Source: a virus (lineage: Duplodnaviria; Caudoviricetes). From it: a stretch of DNA of 26,875 bases. The stretch covers positions 1 through 26,875 of the IMG/VR virus record IMGVR_UViG_3300033513_000042. One strand, written 5' to 3'. This document shows, in pieces, positions 15,575 to 23,487 of this stretch; position 1 is the stretch's first letter, and every line of letters begins with the position of its first letter. Below the pieces are notes generated by a model. It searched no databases. It was not told the origin of the DNA and was given only the letters and a program-made list of their open reading frames with translations. A program made the position numbers and the translations under genes.

Positions 15575-17734
15575 CTACAGGCCCAGCGCCCGCAGGTGAC
15601 GGCGCACCACCTCTGTGTCCTCCCACTGCTCAGTCTTACGGCGGATAACCCAGAATACCGCTGGATTACCCCCGCTCACCGGGCGCACTTGCTTGCCGCC
15701 GTTCGCGGTTTTGAAGCCTCGGTTACGCAACGCATCGCCCATCGCCTTTATGCGGCCCGGGCTTAGCTCCACCTCGCTACACTGATAATGCAGGCTAGCA
15801 AGTTCCTTGCTGGTGTACAGCGCCTTGCCCACGCCGCCGAATAGGCCCAGCGTAGTGTCTGGATCTTGGTATAGATTATGGACGAAAAACTCCAGCGAGT
15901 TCATGCTGGCTTCCTTTACATCCTGCTTCCAGGATGTTTCTGGTGCCCATGCGGCGGGGTCGAACTTCGACGTGTCGTACTTTAACAAAAAGTCATACAG
16001 TGCGGCTGGCCCCACAGTATCAGCCCAGCGTACATACTTTAACCAGTAAGGTTGATCTCCCCTGCGGTCTACTCCCCCGGCCTCGGTAGCGTCCCACCGC
16101 ACAACGCACGCACGCCGGTCGTCTTGGTCGAGCTTGATACAGTCCCAGTAGTTGGAGGTAATGGCGAGGTTATTGTGGTTGTCAACTTCGTACTCGGGCT
16201 GGCCCTTGCGGTTGACGTTTATGGTTTCTGAAGTTACCAGAAACTTGATCTTTTGGCTGACAGCGTCTTCCTCACCCTTCGCTCTAGTCAATTCGTCAGC
16301 GTGTACAAATTGACGCTGCGCGTAAAGGCTGGTAAAAGTACTCTTTATGTTCTCATTTGTAACTATGATGCCGTTATGCCCATAGATGCCGTGGAAGGGT
16401 TTTAGGAATAGATTTTTCCCTGTGCCGCTGGGGCCGAACATGAGCAGGAAGCTATTCATCTTCTTGCCCAGGTTCTGTAGTGGATAGGCGCACCAGCTGA
16501 TGATCCAATCCCTTAACCAATCATCCTTGACGCTATTGGTCAGCAGTTCAAGCCATGGGTCTACATCTCCAAGTTCTGGTGCAGCACCCATGCCTCGCCA
16601 CAGGTTCAAATCCGGTAGACCAGTGTGCCCCTGCACTAGACGCGGCAAGCCTGGGCTGTAGACCAAGCTCTGCGCCACTACCCTATCTGGGCTCTGCAGC
16701 CACAGCTTGGGCACGTTCACACGCCTAACATCTTCTCCATCCTCAACATCGGCAACAAAGTGCGCATAGTTGACGTCAGTAAACACAGCCCGGGTCATCA
16801 AATCGCCAGTGTCCTGCATGGCGATGCGCCCCAGCTCCATGACTACGCACACTTCGTTAGATAGCTGCAGCATCATCTGGTGCAGTTCGCTAATGTCTGC
16901 AAGTGTGCCCTCTCGCTCCAGGAATCCCAGCGCCAGCGTATCACCTACGAAGCGCCTGTAGTCATCAAACCCCTGGTCTCCTTCTTCTGGCTTAGGTACG
17001 CGCAGAATTGTAGCGTGCCGCCCCGTAACCTCCATCAACTTAGCGGCGAGTGCTGACTCCGCAGCCTGTACCTGCCAATTGTCCCATGCGTTGGAATCGA
17101 ACACGATAACAGGCTCTAGCTGCAGAGCCTTCCACGGCAGATCACGTAACTCCTCAATCAACGCGATGTTGTGTTTGCGGCTGCGCCAGCCCCACACGCC
17201 GTTCAAGCCTATGCTGGCCTTGCCGAGCAGTGCACCGTTTATGGCCTTGATAGCAGACTCGTGGATGTACACGCGGTCTCCATGCTTCAGGGAGTTCCAA
17301 TCAAATATTGGTGGCAGGTATCCGTGCGGAGGTTCGTTGGGGGGACAGAACATCTTTCCCCATTTAGGGCTGCTTTCGGCCCTGGCGCTGGGGTCTACAA
17401 AGTCGCCAAAGCTGGCTACAAGACGCACGGCAGGGGGCGCGTCCGCAATGGGCACCAAGCGGCTGCTCCACCACTCTATTAAGTCATCACGCCGCCCCAG
17501 CTTATAGTGAGGGAAGACGACTGCCGCCCTACCATCCGCTGCATTGACTGCGGGTGACCTGCGGGCGGCTGCAATCAGTTCGATTGCTGGCATGATGTGG
17601 AGACCTAGCGCGTCAGCCGTGGCACGATCAATGCCACGCTCAGCTAGGTAGGTCCAAACTTTTTCAATTCCGGGAAGTTTCTTTTCGTCTCTGGCATTTG
17701 TGAATGACAGAGAAATTTCTTGCATGGTAAGCAA
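15575..17734 (-). CDS. Primase-helicase (Toprim/DUF3854-like N-terminus, SF3/D5-like helicase, C-terminal winged-helix-like domain)
   Basis: YIHESAIKA, GLNGVWGW, IVFDSN and QGFDDY Toprim-like motifs; Walker A GPSGTGKN, Walker B VHADE, motif C ITSN, DDRR; TTG start with GGAG RBS. Confidence 0.85.
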   Translation of the reverse strand: MLTMQEISLSFTNARDEKKLPGIEKVWTYLAERGIDRATADALGLHIMPAIELIAAARRSPAVNAADGRAAVVFPHYKLGRRDDLIEWWSSRLVPIADAPPAVRLVASFGDFVDPSARAESSPKWGKMFCPPNEPPHGYLPPIFDWNSLKHGDRVYIHESAIKAINGALLGKASIGLNGVWGWRSRKHNIALIEELRDLPWKALQLEPVIVFDSNAWDNWQVQAAESALAAKLMEVTGRHATILRVPKPEEGDQGFDDYRRFVGDTLALGFLEREGTLADISELHQMMLQLSNEVCVVMELGRIAMQDTGDLMTRAVFTDVNYAHFVADVEDGEDVRRVNVPKLWLQSPDRVVAQSLVYSPGLPRLVQGHTGLPDLNLWRGMGAAPELGDVDPWLELLTNSVKDDWLRDWIISWCAYPLQNLGKKMNSFLLMFGPSGTGKNLFLKPFHGIYGHNGIIVTNENIKSTFTSLYAQRQFVHADELTRAKGEEDAVSQKIKFLVTSETINVNRKGQPEYEVDNHNNLAITSNYWDCIKLDQDDRRACVVRWDATEAGGVDRRGDQPYWLKYVRWADTVGPAALYDFLLKYDTSKFDPAAWAPETSWKQDVKEASMNSLEFFVHNLYQDPDTTLGLFGGVGKALYTSKELASLHYQCSEVELSPGRIKAMGDALRNRGFKTANGGKQVRPVSGGNPAVFWVIRRKTEQWEDTEVVRRHLRALGL

Positions 17735-17739
17735 GGTGC

Positions 17740-17768
17740 TTGCTCCACTTTGGTGGACGTGCTATACT
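17740..17768 (+). promoter_or_regulatory. Sigma70 promoter of the candidate antisense RNA
   Basis: TTGCTC-17 nt-TATACT with TGn extension. Confidence 0.7.
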
Positions 17769-17774
17769 GGCAAA

Positions 17775-17865
17775 TACAGCAGTCCTAGGTTGTCTTTTCA
17801 TCCCTAATCTTGGCCGGTCAGGGGTCCAAAAGGGCTAGCATCCTCACGGGTGCTAGCCCTTTATT
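17775..17865 (+). ncRNA. Candidate ~90-nt antisense RNA to the primase-helicase leader
   Basis: Bounded by the promoter at 17740-17768 and hairpin AAAGGGCTAGCA...TGCTAGCCCTTT (17829-17862); no ORF. Confidence 0.55.
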
Positions 17866-17867
17866 AC

Positions 17868-17896
17868 ATTATGGCACGCAGCACCCAGCTTGCCAA
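17868..17896 (-). promoter_or_regulatory. Sigma70 promoter for the primase-helicase
   Basis: TTGGCA-17 nt-CATAAT with TGn extension on the minus strand. Confidence 0.65.
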
Positions 17897-17910
17897 GCTC
17901 AAGGCGGGGC

Positions 17911-17953
17911 TAGGGTAAACCCCTAGTAGGCTGACGTACGGAGGTGCTAAACT
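17911..17953 (+). promoter_or_regulatory. Box-type promoter for the tRNA
   Basis: TAGGGTAAACCCCTA, 22 nt, TAAACT. Confidence 0.7.
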
Positions 17954-17976
17954 GTACCCTGTGCTAGCAAGCATTC

Positions 17977-18053
17977 GCGTTCTTAGCTCAGTTGGTCAGA
18001 GCAGGGGACTCATAATCCCTTGGTCGCTGGTTCGAGCCCAGCAGAACGCACCA
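17977..18053 (+). tRNA. tRNA with CAT anticodon (Ile2-like; elongator Met not excluded)
   Basis: Acceptor stem GCGTTCT/AGAACGC, D arm, anticodon loop CTCATAA, TTCGAGC T-loop, encoded CCA; body resembles E. coli ileX. Confidence 0.93.
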
Positions 18054-18192
18054 GACAATCGCACAGGGTACACAGTATGAAGATGAGACACAGACGTGCA
18101 CGGCACGTTAAAGCGTACTTCAAAAGTGAATACGGGCCTTGGCTGCCGTTTCATTTGGGGGCATTCAAAAATCGGCAATTTAGGAGTTAGCT

Positions 18193-18711
18193 ATGAGCCT
18201 TTCAGTGTATGAGAGAGAAAGAGTTAAATTCACCAATGCGATCCGCGAGGAGCGTGAGCGCCACGAGCGCGCCATGAAGGGGCTGCGCAGCGAGCTAGAG
18301 CTTGCCGTCTCGAACGCCACGATTTGCGCCAACGGCATCGACGATTCGAAGGTGCTGCTTGCAGAGAATGTCATCTATGTGCACGGCAACTACGAGAAGG
18401 CAGGTGAGGATCGCATCGGATGCCGCGAGGATGCCCTTTCCGACATATTACAGGGCGGGAAAAAGATCAAGACCGAATACTTCGGCACCAAAAACTATGC
18501 TCATTGGCACGGCCAGCGATCTGATCACTCTTACGGCTGTGGTCCGAAGCACGGGTCTATTAATTTCCAAATCGGACTGATTCAGCCCATACGTGAGCGT
18601 GACGGACTGCTGACCGAGGAAGAAATCGAGGCTGCAGTCTATTACCTGCGCAATCTGAAACGCATACAAGCAGCTAAGGACGCGGCTGCCACGTATGCAG
18701 CCGCAGCCTAG
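18193..18711 (+). CDS. Hypothetical protein
   Basis: TAGGAG RBS; YFGTKNYAHWHGQRSDHSYGCGPKHGSINFQIGL segment. Confidence 0.8.
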   Translation: MSLSVYERERVKFTNAIREERERHERAMKGLRSELELAVSNATICANGIDDSKVLLAENVIYVHGNYEKAGEDRIGCREDALSDILQGGKKIKTEYFGTKNYAHWHGQRSDHSYGCGPKHGSINFQIGLIQPIRERDGLLTEEEIEAAVYYLRNLKRIQAAKDAAATYAAAA

Positions 18712-18751
18712 GGTAAACCCCTAGCACTCGCATACTTAGACGTGCTATATT
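18709..18751 (+). promoter_or_regulatory. Box-type promoter for the minigene/sRNA unit
   Basis: TAGGGTAAACCCCTA, 22 nt, TATATT with TGn. Confidence 0.7.
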
Positions 18752-18756
18752 GCAAG

Positions 18757-18870
18757 CGTGTGTGCAGCCAGTACGCACTTTCCTGGTTCAACCTTTGAAG
18801 GAGATGTGCATGAAGTGAACTACCACAGCAGCTCGTTCGGTCAACCCCGCCCTCAGTGGCGGGGTTTTTA
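18757..18870 (+). ncRNA. Short transcription unit: sRNA or Met-Lys-stop minigene
   Basis: AAGGAG-6 nt-ATG AAG TGA (18810-18818), followed by terminator AACCCCGCC-ctcagt-GGCGGGGTTTTT. Confidence 0.55.
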
Positions 18871-18885
18871 TTTGCTTGATCAACT

Positions 18886-18928
18886 TAGGGTAAACACCTA
18901 AAAATTCCCGTAGTCGATGGGCTACATT
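18886..18928 (+). promoter_or_regulatory. Box-type promoter for the AAA operon
   Basis: TAGGGTAAACACCTA, 22 nt, TACATT. Confidence 0.7.
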
Positions 18929-18982
18929 ATGGGCTGGCGGTGCACCCCGTACCGCCGCGTAACCAAACCAGGAGAATGTGAT

Positions 18983-19360
18983 ATGAACATTGAAGAACTG
19001 ATGGCCCAGGTGGCGGGCCAAGGCAAGCGCAGGCATCAGCCGCCCAAGCCCGCCACGCCGGACCAAGTGCGGCAATTCCTCGGCGGCGTGGAACGCTTCA
19101 GCGTTGGCGACATCGTCGTCTGGCGTGAGGGCTTGTGCGCGTCTGTTGCCCCCGCCCCCGGCGAGCAGTGCGTGGTGACCCAGGTGCTGGCCGAGCCTCT
19201 GCGCGGTGGTGACAACAACGTAGCGATGGCAGAGCGGCTGGACATTGCGCTGGCATTCCTCCACCACTGCGGCGAGGAAGACTGCGAGGCCGAAGACGCA
19301 GTGTTCGACGCCATGTTTGACAGCCGCCGCTTCACCAAGGTGGGCTCGATCTACGATTGA
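18983..19360 (+). CDS. Hypothetical protein (SH3/KOW-like N-terminal motif)
   Basis: CAGGAG RBS before ATG 18983; FSVGDIVVWREG and FDSRRF segments. Confidence 0.75.
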   Translation: MNIEELMAQVAGQGKRRHQPPKPATPDQVRQFLGGVERFSVGDIVVWREGLCASVAPAPGEQCVVTQVLAEPLRGGDNNVAMAERLDIALAFLHHCGEEDCEAEDAVFDAMFDSRRFTKVGSIYD

Positions 19361-19412
19361 ACCCACCTGACAACCACAACACCCATCAACCACTCAACAA
19401 CAGGAGCCAACA

Positions 19413-20861
19413 ATGGCTGCAAAAGACCTCAAAGACGCGGGCGAAGTCGCCCACATTGCTGACATCGTCTACCACGGTGACAAGCTCACGCTGCCCGAGG
19501 GCATGGAAATTCCGGATGCCATCACGCTGCTGAAGGACCGACAGGACTTCCTCGAAACCGACGTTGCCATGTCCGAGACTTTCAACGTGTTTCCCTGGGA
19601 CGGCGCCTACGCGCTGGACAAGGTGCTGACCAAGAAGTTCGGCTGGGCTGCGGCAACGGCTACGCCCGGGTTCTTCGGCCCCCGGCCACCGCAACTGGTG
19701 TCCATCGACATCGCCTACGGCCAGAAGAGCGAAGTGCCGTGGGGCTCGTTCTCCATCCCCAAGGCCAAGGGCCTGCTGGCCACCGCTGCGGCCTGGAGTG
19801 GCAACCGCGTGGCCTTCCAGTTGAACGCCAAGGTCAAGCGCAAAGACGAGGCCACCATCCGCGCCATCTTCGCCGAGGTGCGCGAGTTCCTCAAGGAGAA
19901 CAGCATCTACCGTGGCAAGGCCATCAAGCTGCGCTTCTGCGACGACGCCGGCAACGACCTGGACATGCCGGAGCCCAAGTTCCTCGAGACCGGCAAGCTG
20001 CGCCCCGAGCACCTGATCTACAGTGCCGATGTGCAGAACTCCATCGAGACCAACCTGTTTACCCCCATCAGCCGCGTGCGTGACTGCATCGACAACGACC
20101 TGTCCGTCAAGCGCGGCGTGCTGCTGGGTGGCCCCTACGGCACCGGCAAGACGCTGGCCGCAACGGTGGCGAGCACGCTGGCGGTGGAAGCAGGCGTAAC
20201 GTACATCTACGTGCCGCGTGCTGACGAGTTGGCCAAGGCCATCGAGTTCGCCAAGCAGTACCAGAGCCCGGCCTGCGTGGTCTTCTGCGAGGACATCGAC
20301 CGCGTGATGGACGGTGAGCGTGACGTGGAGATGGACGACATCCTGAACATCATCGACGGCATCGACACCAAGAACTCCAACATCATCACTGTGCTGACCA
20401 CCAACGCCATGCGCAGCATCAATCCGGCCATGCTCCGCCCGGGGCGCCTGGATGCTGTGATCGAGGTCACCCCGCCTGACGCTGAAGCGGTGCAACGCCT
20501 GCTGCGCCTGTACGGCGGCAGCAATGTGGCTGTGGACGCCGACCTCTCTGCCGTGGGCAGTGAGCTGGCGGGCTGCATCCCGGCGGTGATTGCCGAGGTG
20601 GTGAAGCGTGCCAAGCTCAGTCAGGTGCGGCTGAACGCTCCCGGCGAGCGGGTCAAGCTGCTGAGTAGCGACGCCCTGTTGGACGCCGCCAAGACCATGC
20701 GTGCGCAGGTGAAGCTGCTGGAGGAAACCAGTGCGCCCAAGGACCCGGCCATCACCGTGGACTCCACTCTGGCCGTGGTGATGGAGCGTGCGGTTGCCCC
20801 GCTGATGGACCGTATCTCCGACCTGGAGAAGGACATCTCTCACGTGAAGGACAGGATCTAA
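19413..20861 (+). CDS. AAA+ ATPase (classic AAA clade, no protease domain)
   Basis: RGVLLGGPYGTGKT Walker A, VFCEDID Walker B, LTTN sensor 1, AMLRPGRLD second region of homology; strong codon bias. Confidence 0.92.
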   Translation: MAAKDLKDAGEVAHIADIVYHGDKLTLPEGMEIPDAITLLKDRQDFLETDVAMSETFNVFPWDGAYALDKVLTKKFGWAAATATPGFFGPRPPQLVSIDIAYGQKSEVPWGSFSIPKAKGLLATAAAWSGNRVAFQLNAKVKRKDEATIRAIFAEVREFLKENSIYRGKAIKLRFCDDAGNDLDMPEPKFLETGKLRPEHLIYSADVQNSIETNLFTPISRVRDCIDNDLSVKRGVLLGGPYGTGKTLAATVASTLAVEAGVTYIYVPRADELAKAIEFAKQYQSPACVVFCEDIDRVMDGERDVEMDDILNIIDGIDTKNSNIITVLTTNAMRSINPAMLRPGRLDAVIEVTPPDAEAVQRLLRLYGGSNVAVDADLSAVGSELAGCIPAVIAEVVKRAKLSQVRLNAPGERVKLLSSDALLDAAKTMRAQVKLLEETSAPKDPAITVDSTLAVVMERAVAPLMDRISDLEKDISHVKDRI

Positions 20862-20887
20862 CCCCTACCGGGTAGATTAAGAACTGC

Positions 20888-20916
20888 AGCACCTCGCTCA
20901 CAAGGCGGGGTGCTTT
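20888..20916 (+). terminator. Possible terminator after the AAA gene
   Basis: AGCACC.CGC...GCGGGGTGCTTT imperfect hairpin with short U tract. Confidence 0.45.
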
Positions 20917-20942
20917 GGCCCCTAATTTGAAGGAGCTAAATC

Positions 20943-21440
20943 GTGCTAGAAAGATTTGACGTGTCATTCTTGTACGCGGATACAGGTGCATCTGCGTGGG
21001 AGCGCTACGGTCTACCGTGGACAGCCGGAGAGCGAGCCAAATTACTTTCCCTGTTTGACGCTGGTGATTCGTTGAGGTCACTGTGCATTGACTTGCAGCG
21101 TCCCCCAGCGGGTGTGGTGGCCAAGCTCATGGCCGCTGGCAGACTGAGGCACTACAGCAGCGGCACGCACTACAGAGCGCCTCAGGCGATTGAAATCAAT
21201 GATCAACCAACCAAGGAGAAAGACGTGAGTACGAACATCGAAGTTTCCACAAAAACCTACATTGGCACCGTGGATGCCAGCACGCTGTCGGACACTGAGA
21301 TCTTTGCCCTGATAGCAAAGAAGGAAGTAGAGGTGCGACAGTGGATGGCGATCACCAATCGCCCCAAGAAGTTGGAAGCCCTCATACAAAAAGCAGAGGA
21401 CGATATCCAGAAGCTGGTGGCTTACGTGGATGGGCGGTAG
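20943..21440 (+). CDS. Hypothetical protein (HTH-like N-terminus, helical C-terminus)
   Basis: AAGGAG RBS and GTG start; YGLPWTAGE..LL..F...L...LQR...V.A.L HTH-like pattern; internal AAGGAG/GTG at 21225. Confidence 0.7.
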   Translation: MLERFDVSFLYADTGASAWERYGLPWTAGERAKLLSLFDAGDSLRSLCIDLQRPPAGVVAKLMAAGRLRHYSSGTHYRAPQAIEINDQPTKEKDVSTNIEVSTKTYIGTVDASTLSDTEIFALIAKKEVEVRQWMAITNRPKKLEALIQKAEDDIQKLVAYVDGR

Positions 21441-21445
21441 GCATC

Positions 21446-21646
21446 ATGATCTACAACCCGAGTAAAGAGCGCGTTGCCGCCGTGTGTGGTAATGAAGTAC
21501 GAGTATTTGACGCAGTGCAGCAGAATGGCGTACGCCCGCTGCTGTACATCAGGCGCCTGCCCAACCACGGACAAGCCCGCCAGTGGGCCATTGATCACGA
21601 CGACCGCATTAAGGCGTCGTGCTCCAGGGCGGGGGTGCCTGGATGA
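21446..21646 (+). CDS. Hypothetical protein
   Basis: Fills the operon between tightly packed genes; ATGA overlap with the next gene. Confidence 0.55.
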   Translation: MIYNPSKERVAAVCGNEVRVFDAVQQNGVRPLLYIRRLPNHGQARQWAIDHDDRIKASCSRAGVPG

Positions 21647-21858
21647 TCATCAATGACATCGTGAATCTGACAGTGGTCAAAGAGGCGCTGGCAGCATACA
21701 TCGGCACCATGCGGCAAGAGATCGAGCGTAACCCCGATCCCAAGACAATTGCCGTGTACTCACAGGCCGGGGCGCTGCATGTTGAGGTGGTTGCAGAGAT
21801 CGAAAGGCTGAAAAATGAAGGTAACTCCGGAAATACGCAGGGTGTTAGAAGCCTTTAA
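21643..21858 (+). CDS. Hypothetical protein
   Basis: ATGA overlap; helical 71 aa. Confidence 0.6.
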   Translation: MIINDIVNLTVVKEALAAYIGTMRQEIERNPDPKTIAVYSQAGALHVEVVAEIERLKNEGNSGNTQGVRSL

Positions 21859-22165
21859 GGCGTCTGCAGAGCCGGTGGTGCCGCGTGCCATAGGTATGAA
21901 TGCACTTCAGCTTGAAATGCTGCTGGACGAGGGGCTGATCGAGGTGCACCGGCCTATCCCAGCAATGGGCAAGGCCAGCTACAAATTGACGGAGGAGGGT
22001 ACTATATTCGTGGACAGGCTCTATATCTTGATCCCCGCGCCTCCGCAGTACGACTGCATGCACTGCCCGCCCTACACCCCACCCGTAGATGCTCCGGCCC
22101 GTGCTGGCGCTATGGCCCACAAGGCGATAGCCAGCCACGGGGCGTGCGTCAGCACCAAGAAGTAG
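21815..22165 (+). CDS. Hypothetical protein (winged-helix-like N-terminus)
   Basis: LEMLLDEGLIEV...YKLTEEG; C-terminal ARAGAMAHKAIASHG motif. Confidence 0.65.
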   Translation: MKVTPEIRRVLEAFKASAEPVVPRAIGMNALQLEMLLDEGLIEVHRPIPAMGKASYKLTEEGTIFVDRLYILIPAPPQYDCMHCPPYTPPVDAPARAGAMAHKAIASHGACVSTKK

Positions 22166-22211
22166 CGGATCGTGGCGCTCCGCTCTTAGCGCCACACTTT
22201 AGGAGATCGGC

Positions 22212-23168
22212 ATGAATTTTCTCAATTGGTTTTACAAGGATGTTGTGCAGGAAGACCCCTACGGGCGAGACAAGACTCGTACTGTCAGGGTGCTGCAGCC
22301 CGTGCGAGTGGCCGTGGCGGGGGTGCTGCTCTTCATCACACTTATCATTCTGCTCTCTGCGTGGCCGTTCCATGTGGTGCCCACGGGCTACCGGGGTGTG
22401 GTGACTCAGTTCGGCGCCATAAAGGGCATTGAGCCCGAGGGTCTGGTGGTGCTACCGCCGTGGCAGAGCCTGAACAACTTCAACACCCGGGCAGAAGAAG
22501 CCAAGGTAGAGAACGCTGAGGGAGCCACGAGTGATACTCAACCAGTGAACGTTAGCATGGTGGTGCGCTACGCCATCAACACCGACAAAGTGGCCGAGGT
22601 GTTCGAGAAGTACAGCCGCAACGGGGACCTCTCCAGTTATGTGAACACCGCCACGCACGAGACGTTCAAAGCAGTCACTGCCAAGTACACCGCGCCTGAT
22701 TTGATTGCCAAGCGCACCGCAGTATCCGGTGATGTGTACTCCATGCTGAATGCAAAGCTCGGCATCTATGGTGCGCGGGTTATCAACATTGACATGACCA
22801 ACTTCGCGTTCCAGCCTGCGTACATGGCCGCGATCAACGAGAAGGTGACGCAAGAGCAGAAAAAGCTGGCGGCAGACAACCGGCTGAAGACCGTCGAATC
22901 TGAGCAGAAGCAGAAGGTTGCTGTGGCCGAGGCCGATGCCAGCGCAGTCAAGGCCAAGGCGGATGGCGACGCATACGCGCAGCTCACCGTAGCCAAGGCG
23001 CAGGCCGACGCACTGCGTCTGCAGAACGCCGCCATCCGTGAGAGCAAGGACGTACTCGAGCTCAAGCGCATCGAGGTGAGCAAGATCGAAGCCGAGCGCT
23101 GGAATGGTCAGCGCGTGCCCACCACACAACTCGTAGTCAGCCCCACGCCTATCGCGCAGGTGAAGTGA
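22212..23168 (+). CDS. SPFH/band-7 (prohibitin/HflC-like) membrane protein
   Basis: TM helix then VVPTGYRGVVTQFG, FKAVTAKYTAPDLIAKR, AAINEKV, AEA-rich coiled coil, RWNG. Confidence 0.92.
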   Translation: MNFLNWFYKDVVQEDPYGRDKTRTVRVLQPVRVAVAGVLLFITLIILLSAWPFHVVPTGYRGVVTQFGAIKGIEPEGLVVLPPWQSLNNFNTRAEEAKVENAEGATSDTQPVNVSMVVRYAINTDKVAEVFEKYSRNGDLSSYVNTATHETFKAVTAKYTAPDLIAKRTAVSGDVYSMLNAKLGIYGARVINIDMTNFAFQPAYMAAINEKVTQEQKKLAADNRLKTVESEQKQKVAVAEADASAVKAKADGDAYAQLTVAKAQADALRLQNAAIRESKDVLELKRIEVSKIEAERWNGQRVPTTQLVVSPTPIAQVK

Positions 23169-23170
23169 CC

Positions 23171-23447
23171 ATGCCTGCCGGGGCGCTGCGCTGCCCGGTG
23201 TGCCGCACGCGGCGCACCACACTAAAGGCGCTCAAAACGCATCAAAACGCATCAAGACGCAACGGGGCACAGTGCCCCGTGCACTTGCCCGGGCTACCAC
23301 CACCCGCACCGCCCGGGCAGCCCCCGATGATGGAGCAACCCACTGGCAGCATTCCACGCTAGTGGTAGTGACGACCTACTACAGTTTGAGGCGGACCGAG
23401 CTTGGGACGCCACCATGGGGTTAACCCCCACCCGCAAGATAGCTTAG
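23171..23447 (+). pseudogene. Disrupted zinc-finger gene (C2H2 plus CxCxGYHHPHRxGS)
   Basis: 10-bp duplication TCAAAACGCA at 23232-23251 shifts the frame; removing it gives CPVC...HQDATGH..PCTCPGYHHPHRPGSPR then in-frame TGA at 23328, with the frame open to TAG 23447. Confidence 0.65.
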
Positions 23448-23459
23448 ATTTGCTACACT
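23416..23459 (+). promoter_or_regulatory. Degenerate box-type promoter for the GHKL gene
   Basis: TGGGGTTAACCCCCA, 23 nt, TACACT with TGn. Confidence 0.6.
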
Positions 23460-23487
23460 GGGTGTAGCAGTACCATATAGGACAGAT

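Noticed and set aside
17977-18053. tRNA as a prophage attachment site
   Set aside because: Phage-like genes on both sides, a phage box promoter upstream, and no integrase or duplicated 3' end in the window
19386-20843. 485-aa minus-strand ORF opposite the AAA ATPase (likewise 22452..23222 and 6800..7690)
   Set aside because: Antisense shadows of well-supported genes
23328-23330. Selenocysteine or stop-codon reassignment at the in-frame TGA
   Set aside because: TGA is used as a normal stop in many genes here and the same gene also has a frameshift, so decay is the simpler explanation
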